DNA of 64,000 bases from a virus (Duplodnaviria; Heunggongvirae; Uroviricota; Caudoviricetes). The notes beneath the pieces are model-generated. The model was not told where the DNA came from, ran no database searches, and saw only the letters and a list, made by a program, of their open reading frames with translations. The stretch is taken from the IMG/VR virus record IMGVR_UViG_3300044799_000708; one strand, given 5' to 3'. Both the position numbers and the translations under genes were made by a program. Positions 46,453 through 55,424 of the stretch are shown here, piece after piece. Positions within the stretch are counted from its first letter, which is position 1; each line of letters starts with the position of its first letter.

Positions 46453-46932
46453 TTACTCCTCCATTCCCTCTATTTCGATTTCTATTTCCTTTCCGACCAG
46501 ACCTTGATAATAAACAAATTTTTTGGGCGTATGTCTGCGTATGGTAGTCCACAATTTTCTGTTTATGTTCTTGTCATCTTTTTGCCAAGAGAAGATGAAA
46601 ATAACTATCGCTTTTTTGAAATCGATGGGGTAATGTTTGGTTTGCCCTGCCTTTTTGTCCCAATATGCCGTATCATAATCCAAAAAATGTTCAGAGAGTT
46701 CCTTTGTATTGAAAAATTCTACTCCGATTATATAATGTGTCCATCCAATTTCTCCAAACAGGGAAGATGGCATTTTGTAATATTTGTGGCTAAATCGTAT
46801 TTTCGGCTTCATATTTCCTCCTTTTTTTCGGCTTCGATGAAATCGAAATAGGCGGAATTTTTCCACCATTCCTTTTTGGTTTTGGCAGTGAGTTCTTTGA
46901 TTTCCCGAACAGTTTTTCCACAATCTCTGCAT
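46453..46932 (-). CDS. hypothetical protein (159 aa; may start at internal MKPKIRF)
   Basis: Overlaps upstream ORF by 124 nt. Confidence 0.4.
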   Translation of the reverse strand: MQRLWKNCSGNQRTHCQNQKGMVEKFRLFRFHRSRKKGGNMKPKIRFSHKYYKMPSSLFGEIGWTHYIIGVEFFNTKELSEHFLDYDTAYWDKKAGQTKHYPIDFKKAIVIFIFSWQKDDKNINRKLWTTIRRHTPKKFVYYQGLVGKEIEIEIEGMEE

Positions 46933-47402
46933 TTTGTTTCATCTTTCAAATCTGGAAAATCATGCAAAGATATGTTGCTACACGGTTTTATCTTCTTGAG
47001 GTCGATGCTTTTGCGATTCTCCTCGAATCTGTCACGGAGAAAACACACAATAGCCAGACCATCTGTCATTTCCCTAACCAAGTCATTCCACTCATCTCTT
47101 ATTTTGTCGCCTTCTTTTGAGCGAAGAAAATCAATCCATATCTTTTCGCACTTTTTGGTGAGTTTGGTGTCTTTCTCCATTAATCTTTTGATTATTTCCC
47201 TCGCCTCATCCGCCGTGATGCACTTGGCTCTGGTTTTCTTAATGGCTTTCAAAAAAGGTTCTTTGAGAAAATCTGTTTCGAATTTATAGACCAGACCAGC
47301 CTCTAATCCGCCAGCCTCCAGTTGTTTCGCCCTAAAACTTTCTGGAAGTTTCTTTTTTACATTTTTAAGATATTCCTCAAGAAAATTTTCAAATAGTTTC
47401 AT
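46809..47402 (-). CDS. hypothetical protein (197 aa)
   Basis: C-terminal CxxC pair. Confidence 0.5.
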   Translation of the reverse strand: MKLFENFLEEYLKNVKKKLPESFRAKQLEAGGLEAGLVYKFETDFLKEPFLKAIKKTRAKCITADEAREIIKRLMEKDTKLTKKCEKIWIDFLRSKEGDKIRDEWNDLVREMTDGLAIVCFLRDRFEENRKSIDLKKIKPCSNISLHDFPDLKDETKCRDCGKTVREIKELTAKTKKEWWKNSAYFDFIEAEKKEEI

Positions 47403-48018
47403 ATTTATCTCCTCCTATCTGTAAATATGATGTTTTTGTATATTTTTTTTGATAATTGCTTGCAAGTGAATATGCGGTATTTCTTATGACGACAAAGGGC
47501 ATCCTTTTTTTTATTTTTGGGTCATAATCATAGATAAATGACCATTTATTTTTAGGCATACATTTTCTTTTCTCCATTTCTACCAAGTCCGTTCTGCACG
47601 CATCGCATAGGTGTATGCTTATTTCTTTTTTTACTATCTTTTCCCTTATGTCCATTCCGCATCTCAAGCATTCAAAATTTAGCTCCCTTTTTATTATTGT
47701 CTCGAAAAGCAGGACATTATCAATGAATTTTTCATGTTCTTGGTCGATTATTTTTATGATATTAGGATTGAAGGGTTTGAAAACTCGTAGTTCTTCTTCC
47801 TCATAATGTATCATCCGTAAGTCTTCTCTTTTTACTGTTTCCAGAATATCTTCTTTGATTTCTTCTATATCGCTCTCTCGATTCATTCCAAGAGAAATTA
47901 TCTCGATAAAATTGCATCTGGGGCAGGCATGGAATTGAAGCCAACCTTGAGAGCCAGTTCTTAAGATTGCCCTTTTGTATTTGCATTTTGGGCAGTCTTC
48001 ATAACCTTCGCTTTGCAT
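47389..48018 (-). CDS. multi-zinc-ribbon protein (209 aa)
   Basis: CPKCK..CPRCN, CLRCG..CDAC. Confidence 0.5.
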   Translation of the reverse strand: MQSEGYEDCPKCKYKRAILRTGSQGWLQFHACPRCNFIEIISLGMNRESDIEEIKEDILETVKREDLRMIHYEEEELRVFKPFNPNIIKIIDQEHEKFIDNVLLFETIIKRELNFECLRCGMDIREKIVKKEISIHLCDACRTDLVEMEKRKCMPKNKWSFIYDYDPKIKKRMPFVVIRNTAYSLASNYQKKYTKTSYLQIGGDKYETI

Positions 48019-48215
48019 TTTCGCACCAGCCTATTATATTTATTCCATCTGTTTTTTGACTTTATGCATTTTTTCGCAAATTCTATGCGGTCTTTTATCT
48101 GGTTGTCCAGAAATTTCTTGGCATCTTCTATGTTGTCAAATGACTGGAAACAATTTCCACCGACATATTCGGCTTCCTTTGGGTCGAACCATGCTGTAAC
48201 CACGATTTTTACCAT
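47961..48215 (-). CDS. hypothetical small protein (84 aa)
   Basis: Minus array ORF. Confidence 0.4.
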   Translation of the reverse strand: MVKIVVTAWFDPKEAEYVGGNCFQSFDNIEDAKKFLDNQIKDRIEFAKKCIKSKNRWNKYNRLVRKCKAKVMKTAQNANTKGQS

Positions 48216-48217
48216 AT

Positions 48218-48514
48218 CTAAATCGACCTCTCATTTCTTTTTCGTATTAATTCCTTTATTTTTTCGGCAATCTCTGTATTTTTTTCCAAGATTCGTATAG
48301 CATTGGCTATCTGATGACATCGAAAGCAAAGGAAAATCGTATTATGGAATGCGAGTTCTGGTCTCTTCCTGACTTCATCGACACTATACTCGTATTTGGT
48401 ATGGTGATATTGCATACCTCTCGGCTTTCCTTCCCTTCCACAGCATTCGCAAATCTTTGGTTTTGTTCCTTCATACTTCACTATTGCATTTTTGTATTTT
48501 ATTTTTATCATCAT
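48218..48514 (-). CDS. HNH endonuclease (98 aa)
   Basis: CECCG..x..YHHT..x..LCFRCHQ. Confidence 0.65.
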   Translation of the reverse strand: MMIKIKYKNAIVKYEGTKPKICECCGREGKPRGMQYHHTKYEYSVDEVRKRPELAFHNTIFLCFRCHQIANAIRILEKNTEIAEKIKELIRKRNERSI

Positions 48515-48539
48515 TGAATTTTTCTTTCCCAGTCTTGGT

Positions 48540-48737
48540 TCATTTTATTACCTTTATGACTTTGCATATTGCTAAATTTTCTATCTTTTCTTTCACAAGT
48601 TTTCTGCTTTTATCATCAGAAGTGAACCATTCGATAGCATTCTTTATTGAAGGGAATGTCTGCCACCAGAATGCTTCATCGGCTATTTTGTCTTTTTCTT
48701 GCCATACTGCCACGATTTGACCTTTTTCCATAGGCAT
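48540..48737 (-). CDS. hypothetical small protein (65 aa)
   Basis: Minus array ORF. Confidence 0.45.
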   Translation of the reverse strand: MPMEKGQIVAVWQEKDKIADEAFWWQTFPSIKNAIEWFTSDDKSRKLVKEKIENLAICKVIKVIK

Positions 48738-49475
48738 TTACATCAGCCTCCCAAGATTATGCTTCTTTCTGATTTCAGTGAATTCCTTTAGCTTTTCTAT
48801 AAGTTCCAGAACCTTTTCCTTGCTCGGCTCTGGTAATTTATGTCCTTTGCTGTCTGCGCCTATATTGACCCATTTTGGTTTTGCTGTCTTTATTATTTCC
48901 ACCATATCTTTGACATCAAAATCCATTATCGGCTCTACTGTGAGCATAGTTTCGAATCCTGCCTTTCCTATTTTTGCAAGTGACCAAGCCCTTTCAATAA
49001 CATAAGGTGCTTTGCTGATTTTATAGTCCCTGTTGGTTTCGATTGTTGTCCCTATGACTGAATTTTTAGGTAGAAGGTCTTTTACTGCTAATATTCCATT
49101 GGGGTTTTTGCTCTGGAAAAGGTATTTGTTGTCGAATTTCCTGCAGTGTTCCAAAGCTATTTCAATCCATTTTCTGGGTATTTCTTTTGCAAACATATCG
49201 CATGAGCTTCCGACAAAAATGAAATTGCCTTTGCCTAAATCCGTTTTCAGTTCCTGCTCATCAAATTTCAATTCGCCGAGAGGGAATATCTTCATATAGC
49301 AATATTCACAGTCATGTGGGCATCGCCCCTTGATAAAATTCAGCGTGTGCGTTACGAAATCATACATATTGCCTTTCGATTCTCTCATCATATAAATCCT
49401 CCGAATGTTTTTTTGTAGCATTCCTTCTGGAATTTGCATTCTATTCCTTGTCCTCCGACCTCTTTTGGTGAACAC
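48738..49475 (-). CDS. radical SAM enzyme, family unassigned (track 245 aa; probable start at MM 49391, about 217 aa)
   Basis: GRCPHDCEYCY = CxxxCxxC(Y) cluster near N-terminus; GGAGGATTTATATGATG RBS at 49391; the track start is GTG. Confidence 0.6.
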   Translation of the reverse strand: MFTKRGRRTRNRMQIPEGMLQKNIRRIYMMRESKGNMYDFVTHTLNFIKGRCPHDCEYCYMKIFPLGELKFDEQELKTDLGKGNFIFVGSSCDMFAKEIPRKWIEIALEHCRKFDNKYLFQSKNPNGILAVKDLLPKNSVIGTTIETNRDYKISKAPYVIERAWSLAKIGKAGFETMLTVEPIMDFDVKDMVEIIKTAKPKWVNIGADSKGHKLPEPSKEKVLELIEKLKEFTEIRKKHNLGRLM

Positions 49476-49668
49476 GGTATTATTATTTCATCCTGTCTGC
49501 CAAAACATTTTGGTTTATTAATCATCCGAATACGACCTTAACCTTTTGTATTTCATTGTGAAAAAGCCAATTGAATGCTGTATGGCAGTCTTCACATACG
49601 AACTTTTTGTTGGGTAATATGAATTTTGGTGGCTTTTCTTCCTTGCACCATAGACATTTTCCAGCCAT

Positions 49669-49932
49669 TTATTTCACCTGTTCCATTCTTTTCAATCTTT
49701 CCTTTATTGTTGTGCAACCCAATTCTCTACCCATGAGGTATCCATATATATCCCAAAAAAGTATTGTTCTCAAATTCTTAACATCAACAAACTTTTTGTG
49801 GTCAGCATAGCCTTTGCCATCATCTTGTAATAAATTATATAGTCTACTAAATTGTGCATTATTTACTATGTTTTTAATAAATTTCCATAATGCCTTATTT
49901 TCACTTTGCAGAGGATGAACTTTAATTTTCAT
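49669..49932 (-). CDS. hypothetical small protein (87 aa)
   Basis: A 48-aa zinc-ribbon ORF lies just downstream (49525..49668). Confidence 0.45.
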   Translation of the reverse strand: MKIKVHPLQSENKALWKFIKNIVNNAQFSRLYNLLQDDGKGYADHKKFVDVKNLRTILFWDIYGYLMGRELGCTTIKERLKRMEQVK

Positions 49933-50201
49933 ATATATTGCCTTTTGCCTTTCGCATCATATACGCCCCCATCGTGAATAATCTGCAAAATTTCATTGAG
50001 CGCATTAATTTTAGCTTTGTATCTGTCTGCCCTTCTGCACCATGTTTTCAGAACTCCCTTGCATGGCATATTAAGTTCCCTTTGCCTTCTGCGGTATTTT
50101 CTTATTTTTTCATCCGCATATTCTTTGTCGTGCCTATATCCTTTTATCAGGCGTTTTATTTGATTTTTTATCTGCTCTTCTTTCATTTCGCTCATATGCA
50201 T
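49929..50201 (-). CDS. hypothetical small protein (90 aa)
   Basis: Minus array ORF. Confidence 0.45.
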   Translation of the reverse strand: MHMSEMKEEQIKNQIKRLIKGYRHDKEYADEKIRKYRRRQRELNMPCKGVLKTWCRRADRYKAKINALNEILQIIHDGGVYDAKGKRQYI

Positions 50202-50204
50202 GAC

Positions 50205-50522
50205 CTATAATTTTTTTGCAACATCCTTGCACCAGTCTTCATCGGTTTTTAATATTTGTTCTGTAAAACCATCCAAATCTTCGGAAATTACCTTCCATTC
50301 TGCATTCTTTTTTATTAAAATTGTCTTATTCTCTCTATCTATGTCTATTACAGTGCCATTTTTCTCTTCACCATGTAATTTGCCCAATAAATAGAGTATC
50401 AAATAATCATTTGTCGTGCTTATTTGCGAAACTTTATGACCTGTTCCTGCTGATATATATGTCCTTGTTATTATGCTTTTTCGTTTCCAACTGACTTTCT
50501 TGTTTTTTTCTATTATACCCAT
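50205..50522 (-). CDS. hypothetical protein (105 aa)
   Basis: Minus array ORF. Confidence 0.45.
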   Translation of the reverse strand: MGIIEKNKKVSWKRKSIITRTYISAGTGHKVSQISTTNDYLILYLLGKLHGEEKNGTVIDIDRENKTILIKKNAEWKVISEDLDGFTEQILKTDEDWCKDVAKKL

Positions 50523-50565
50523 CTTTATGCCTTGTAAACAAGCTTTAAATCCTTATTTGCATACC

Positions 50566-50802
50566 TTAAATAGGATGACAAATCATTCTTCTTGGCTCTG
50601 GTTTGAGGAATCTGAACTTTTTCATTATTTCGGTCAAGCATTTCTTGGAACATACTTCCTTGCTGAAAATGCCACGACCCATATTCTTGTCATATTGCCA
50701 TATTTCTATGTTGAACCAGTGTGAGATATGTCCAGAACTCTCTCTTTCTTCCTCTTTGCCACAGTTATCGCACTTGTGTATTTCTTTTTGTGTTATTGAC
50801 AT
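50566..50802 (-). CDS. zinc-ribbon protein (78 aa)
   Basis: CDNCG..x..C..C. Confidence 0.45.
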   Translation of the reverse strand: MSITQKEIHKCDNCGKEEERESSGHISHWFNIEIWQYDKNMGRGIFSKEVCSKKCLTEIMKKFRFLKPEPRRMICHPI

Positions 50803-51142
50803 GGAAATCCTCCTCCTTCAACTCGAATCTTTCCATCAAAAGTTTTATTGTGGGACACATTGAACAAAGATTACCATCATCCTCAATAGAACACCCAAAG
50901 GGTTTCCCATCTTTCCAGTGAATATCATTTTTATTCTTTTCACAGTCTTTAAATTTATGGTGTTCCTTTATCAGTTTTTTGACAATCATTTTCATCCACA
51001 GTTTCAAAACATGATATGGTATAGCACCCCATTCGCTATCAGTTGCTTTGAAACATGGCTCTCCTATACAGTCTCCTTCTGTTCTTTTCGCTGGTAAAAA
51101 TCTTGCCAGTTCGCTAATTTTTAATTCGTGCATCTTTTTCAT
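50765..51142 (-). CDS. Cys-rich protein (125 aa)
   Basis: Eight Cys; overlaps neighbours. Confidence 0.45.
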   Translation of the reverse strand: MKKMHELKISELARFLPAKRTEGDCIGEPCFKATDSEWGAIPYHVLKLWMKMIVKKLIKEHHKFKDCEKNKNDIHWKDGKPFGCSIEDDGNLCSMCPTIKLLMERFELKEEDFHVNNTKRNTQVR

Positions 51143-51750
51143 TTTAAACTACTTCCTTCCTTTTTCGCAAACCAAGTTCGATATAATACATACCACACAA
51201 GACTACAAAATATAATGATTATGATAAACATCACAATAGTCCATGAACTATCAATATCAGTATTTTCACCATCCATTTTCGCAGGTGTTTCCATTTCCAC
51301 AGGTGTTAAATTTTCCTTTATTTTGTCTATAGTGCATTTGTATCCATCGAAATATTTTTGTTTTGAAAAATTGGTTTCAATGCATTCCCTTGCTATGTCG
51401 CCAACTTTGGCATCATTTAAGTCCCCTTCCAGACCATAGCCCACTTCTATTCTATATTTATGCTCGGAAGGAACTTGCAGAATCAATATCCCATTATCTT
51501 TGCCTTGTTTGCCTATTCCCCATTCCTTAAACAATTCAACGGTATACATTTCTATGCTTTCGCCCTGCAAATTATTTGTAATGACGATGGCTATTTCATC
51601 AGTGGTATTTTGTTCTATACCTAATAAAATATTGTTTAAAGAGTTTTCCTCGCTTTCCGTCAAAATATTGGCATAGTCATTGACCAAACCTATAGGTTTT
51701 GGAAATGTTAAAGAATAAACAAAGGTTGGAGTGCATGAAATTAAAATCAC
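51139..51750 (-). CDS. TPM-domain (YgcG/TLP18.3-like) protein with C-terminal TM (203 aa)
   Basis: VNDYANILTESEENSLNNIL..TTDEIAIVIT..EWGIGKQGKDNGILILQ..RIEVGYGLEGDL; C-terminal TM IVMFIIIIIFCSLVWYVLY. Confidence 0.7.
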   Translation of the reverse strand: MILISCTPTFVYSLTFPKPIGLVNDYANILTESEENSLNNILLGIEQNTTDEIAIVITNNLQGESIEMYTVELFKEWGIGKQGKDNGILILQVPSEHKYRIEVGYGLEGDLNDAKVGDIARECIETNFSKQKYFDGYKCTIDKIKENLTPVEMETPAKMDGENTDIDSSWTIVMFIIIIIFCSLVWYVLYRTWFAKKEGSSLK

Positions 51751-51770
51751 TCCAACTATTATGAAAGATT

Positions 51771-52358
51771 TTATAATTCCACCTTTGGTGCTATTTCAGC
51801 CCCTTGTCCAGATTCAAAGTATTTTTTGGCATGATAGTCATATATATTCGCTACTATATTTGCTGGAAATACCTGAATCGCAGTATTGAATGGTTTGACC
51901 ACATCATTGTATCTCATTCTTTCAACGGCTATTCTATTTTCTGTTCCTGCCAGTTCATCCATTAGTTTTTGGACTTGGGTATCGGCTTTGAGTTGTGGGT
52001 AATTTTCCATCACAACAATCAGTTTGGATAGAACACTTTCGAGACCATTTGAAGCCTCGACTTTTTCATCAGGTGTTTTTGCATTTCCCCACTGGCTTCT
52101 ATAAAATGTTACATTTTCCAGTAGAGCCTTTTCATATGCCATATATCCCTTTACTGATGCTACGAGATTCGGTATTAGGTCATATCTTCGCTGGTATTGT
52201 GATTCCACTTGCCCCCATTGGTTGTTCACGTTCTGGTCTAATTTTATGAAGTTGTTGTATGTGCCTATGAACCAACTTACCGTTCCCAAGCCGATTATTG
52301 CTATGATAACCACAGCCCAGAACCACTTCTTCAAAAAGAATGGTTGTTCTTCTGCCAT
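51771..52358 (-). CDS. lemA: LemA-family protein (195 aa)
   Basis: N-terminal TM then NNFIKLDQNVNNQWGQVESQYQRRYDLIPNLV...NYPQLKADTQVQKLMDELAGTENRIAVERMRYN..FPANIVA. Confidence 0.8.
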   Translation of the reverse strand: MAEEQPFFLKKWFWAVVIIAIIGLGTVSWFIGTYNNFIKLDQNVNNQWGQVESQYQRRYDLIPNLVASVKGYMAYEKALLENVTFYRSQWGNAKTPDEKVEASNGLESVLSKLIVVMENYPQLKADTQVQKLMDELAGTENRIAVERMRYNDVVKPFNTAIQVFPANIVANIYDYHAKKYFESGQGAEIAPKVEL

Positions 52359-53809
52359 TTTATACCTCCTATTTTTTCAATGTCAATTTGAGAAAGTTTA
52401 TTCTTCGGTGAACAACCTGCTGCCCCCGAACCTGCACAGGCACAAGCGCAGGCGCAAGCTGCTACACATGCACAACTTACACAGGATGGACTTGAATCAT
52501 AACCTCCGCTTTTTCCTGCCCCTCCCGATTCTCCACCACCGAATTTAAATGCCTGAACTGATAAAGCCCCAGTAGCGCATATGTGCGGATAGAATAGCCA
52601 CCAGTAAATTGGAAACCATTCGCCACCCTCATCCCTTTTCTTTTTTTGTTCATCTTCCTGTTCGTTTCGTATCTTTTTTATTTTATCGAACTGTCCTCTG
52701 TCCAGCCATATTCCACTGCAATCATCACAGACTAAAATGCTGGTCGAATCGCCCTTGTATATTTTCGTTACTTTGCTCATAGCCCCTTCGCATCTTGGAC
52801 ATACTCCTCTTCTATATGGTTTAGGTTCTCCAGTCGGTTTTCCAGTAGTGAACATTGATTCGGAAGCATCGTTTTTTATTAGCTTTTCTATTTCTCCCTT
52901 GTCGAAGAATCCACCACCGCATTTATTGCAGATGTCTATCGTAACTTCCTTTACATCTTTTTTTTCCAGCTTTTCATCATCGTTGATGCAATTCATGCTC
53001 AAATGCCTTGTGAAATTGGAATTCCCTCCGATATGGAATGAAGGACTTTCATAATCTCCTCCAGACCCAAGAACTTTAAAGAGAAAAAAGACAATAAACA
53101 TTGCAATAAAGATAAATGGCAAAGCTGATAAAATAGAAAAATAACCCAAATTCTGGCTTATTGGTGATGATGGAACTCCTAACCCTGAATTCGATTGTGC
53201 ATTTTCCATATTAGTAAAAACATTGAGAGGCATTATGACCCCAACAGTTTTCTTTACGCCTCTTCCGACATTATCCCATTCCCAGACCACGCTGTTGTTT
53301 TCATATCTTGTCGGTTCAGAATCGGTCTTCACATCTTTGATTTCTGGAGGCATCCAGACGGCAATGGTCAATTTTTCTGTTTGGGCATTATCCCACCAAG
53401 TCGGTGTAAATTGTATGCTGGCATTCTCTCCGTATTTGTTTACGAAATTTTTCTGGTTTACCTTGAAATTAAACGTGAAGGAATCGCCACTGAAATATGT
53501 TTTGTCCAGTTCGATATAAACCCCCGACCAGCCATAACTGTTTTTCGGGCTTGCTGATATAGCCGACCCTCCATAATTTATTACCTCAAAATCGGAAGTG
53601 GGAAGACCAATCGTGACATAAGGTATGTTCCCTCCAGTGACCCTGAATTTTACATTATATTCTATATAGACATCCCTGTTTGTCTGAACTGTAAGGTCTG
53701 TCCTCTGGCTTTCTATGACATAAGTTCCAGTATCTGCCAAAACTGGTTTTATCAATATGGATATTGCTAAAATGAATATTATGAATAAATATGGAATATT
53801 TGTTTTCAT
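52331..53809 (-). CDS. DUF2207-like secreted/membrane protein with C-terminal zinc-ribbon and Cys/Ala-rich extension (492 aa)
   Basis: Signal peptide, beta-rich ectodomain, central TM (FSILSALPFIFIAMFIVFFLF), then CNKCGGGFFDKGEIEKL and CPRCEGAM..x..CDDCSGIWLDRGQFDKIKKI (zf-TFIIB-like), Gly-rich linker and CVSCACVAACACACACAGS tail. Confidence 0.5.
   Translation of the reverse strand: MKTNIPYLFIIFILAISILIKPVLADTGTYVIESQRTDLTVQTNRDVYIEYNVKFRVTGGNIPYVTIGLPTSDFEVINYGGSAISASPKNSYGWSGVYIELDKTYFSGDSFTFNFKVNQKNFVNKYGENASIQFTPTWWDNAQTEKLTIAVWMPPEIKDVKTDSEPTRYENNSVVWEWDNVGRGVKKTVGVIMPLNVFTNMENAQSNSGLGVPSSPISQNLGYFSILSALPFIFIAMFIVFFLFKVLGSGGDYESPSFHIGGNSNFTRHLSMNCINDDEKLEKKDVKEVTIDICNKCGGGFFDKGEIEKLIKNDASESMFTTGKPTGEPKPYRRGVCPRCEGAMSKVTKIYKGDSTSILVCDDCSGIWLDRGQFDKIKKIRNEQEDEQKKKRDEGGEWFPIYWWLFYPHICATGALSVQAFKFGGGESGGAGKSGGYDSSPSCVSCACVAACACACACAGSGAAGCSPKNKLSQIDIEKIGGIKWQKNNHSF
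52431..52490. repeat. GC-rich (TGY/GCA)n-like microsatellite encoding the Cys-Ala tail
   Basis: cctgcacaggcacaagcgcaggcgcaagctgctacacatgcacaac stands out in an otherwise AT-rich window. Confidence 0.5.
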
Positions 53810-53982
53810 AATTTTTTCACCTTATTACCTTTTCTGAATAATATTCTATTACTGATATTATTCCGAATGTGTAAAGTGTCGAAATCCCAAAAATCATTAG
53901 TGACCAGTTCCACAAAAGTCCTATGAATCCTATTACACCTCCAGTTAATGCCATTATCGCAAACCATATTGATTTATTCATG

Positions 53983-55383
53983 TTATATCACCTTTTTGCA
54001 CATTCTGTTTTCCCTGTCTAAAGGGCAACCACCTTTGCACATATTGAAAAATTCGCATTTCATGCATTCCTCGTTGGCATATTTGTTGTTTCTTATTTTC
54101 TTTGCGATTTTGCCATTCCATATGCTATTCCATGAATCCTCCAATATGTTGCCCAGTTTTTCATGTGTCCATGATTGGCATGGAATGACATCGCCATTCG
54201 GTTCTATCATCATATTTATTTGACAAGCCGAACAGCATCTTTGACCGAACCCCAATTCAATGGGGTTTAATCTTTTGTAACAGCTTGGAAGAAACCAGTT
54301 GAATGTTACTCCTCTTTTTTCTGCATAGCTTTTTCCGTCTGTGAGGGTTTCTTTCAGGATTTCTTCTGACAATCCATCAGTTATTTTTTTCTCTTTGCCT
54401 CTGCCTGAATTGATTATGGCATTGGTAGAAACTATGTTTACGCCGAGTTCCTTTGCCAAATCTATCAAACATCTCAAGTCCTTATAGTTTTTTTTCGTCA
54501 GAGTAGCATTGATGGAAACTACCAAGCCAGCATCAATACAATGATTTATTCCTCTTAATGTTTCCATAAACGCACCTTCTCTGCCTTGCATTTCGTCATG
54601 GACTTTTGATTTGTTTGATTCCAATGTGATTTGTATCCAGTCCAGTTCGGCATCAACGAAATCTTTTGCCATTTTTGCGTTTATCAGCGTTCCATTCGAA
54701 ATTACGCCAGTTACGAATTGTTTTGAATAGGAAATGAGGTCAATCAAATCGCTTCTCATCGTGCATTCCCCACCAGTGAAAACGAGTTGTGGAACGCCCA
54801 CGCTCCATAATTTGTCTATGATTTTTTTCCATTCTGTTTTCGGCAACCTTCCATTTTCATCGGCATTTTTCGGGAGATAGCAATGAGGGCATTTGTTGTC
54901 ACATTCATATGTTAAGGATAAATCCATCCTGTTCGGTGCTTTGACATCATTATCCTTTATTTTTTTCATTCCGACTAAATGGGTCGGGATTTCATTTCTT
55001 GCAAAGCTGTTTATCACTCCGATGATTTGATTCAGGTCTTTTTCCAGTATTTCCACTTTTATTTTTCTATATTTCTTTTTCAATTTGGAAATGGTTTGCT
55101 CAAAGATTTTATTTTGCGGAACTTCATAGCACGAATCGATAAAGGATGATAAGATAAAATTGCTTGTTTTATTCAGATGCAGAACGTAATAACCATTAAT
55201 CCATAGTTTATTTTCATCTGTTTTCAGGTGTATTCTGACCCCATCTAAAGTAACGTGCTTCAAAATATTTCCCTTTTCGCTTATTCCCTTTAATATTTTC
55301 ATACTAATCCCCAATATAATGCCAATCCAATGACAGTTAATGTTGTCATAATACCAGTCACAAATCCATGACCAAACCACCAC
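53983..55383 (-). CDS. radical SAM / SPASM-domain enzyme with N-terminal extension (RiPP-maturase-like); probable start 55302
   Basis: CDNKCPHCY (CxxxCxxC) about 130 aa from the probable start; C-terminal Cys clusters CYKRLNPIELGFGQRCCSACQ..x..ECMKCEFFNMCKGGCP fit a SPASM/twitch domain. Track start is GTG; ATG at 55302 overlaps the stop of the upstream peptide ORF (TATGA). Confidence 0.75.
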   Translation of the reverse strand: MVVWSWICDWYYDNINCHWIGIILGISMKILKGISEKGNILKHVTLDGVRIHLKTDENKLWINGYYVLHLNKTSNFILSSFIDSCYEVPQNKIFEQTISKLKKKYRKIKVEILEKDLNQIIGVINSFARNEIPTHLVGMKKIKDNDVKAPNRMDLSLTYECDNKCPHCYLPKNADENGRLPKTEWKKIIDKLWSVGVPQLVFTGGECTMRSDLIDLISYSKQFVTGVISNGTLINAKMAKDFVDAELDWIQITLESNKSKVHDEMQGREGAFMETLRGINHCIDAGLVVSINATLTKKNYKDLRCLIDLAKELGVNIVSTNAIINSGRGKEKKITDGLSEEILKETLTDGKSYAEKRGVTFNWFLPSCYKRLNPIELGFGQRCCSACQINMMIEPNGDVIPCQSWTHEKLGNILEDSWNSIWNGKIAKKIRNNKYANEECMKCEFFNMCKGGCPLDRENRMCKKVI

Positions 55384-55412
55384 ATTCTTTCGTTGTTTTC
55401 TAACAAAGCCAT
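55299..55412 (-). CDS. 37-aa aromatic/hydrophobic peptide coupled to the rSAM-SPASM gene (candidate precursor or small TM peptide)
   Basis: GGTGAAATC-ATG RBS; MALLENNERMWWFGHGFVTGIMTTLTVIGLALYWGLV; stop TGA overlaps rSAM ATG. Below the track cut-off, translated by hand. Confidence 0.4.
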   Translation of the reverse strand: MALLENNERMWWFGHGFVTGIMTTLTVIGLALYWGLV

Positions 55413-55424
55413 GATTTCACCTTT

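Noticed and set aside
53983-55383. Track start (GTG at 55383) for the rSAM-SPASM gene
   Set aside because: The 5' extension has no SD and would fully overlap a well-signalled 37-aa ORF in another frame. ATG at 55302 with a TATGA overlap is preferred.
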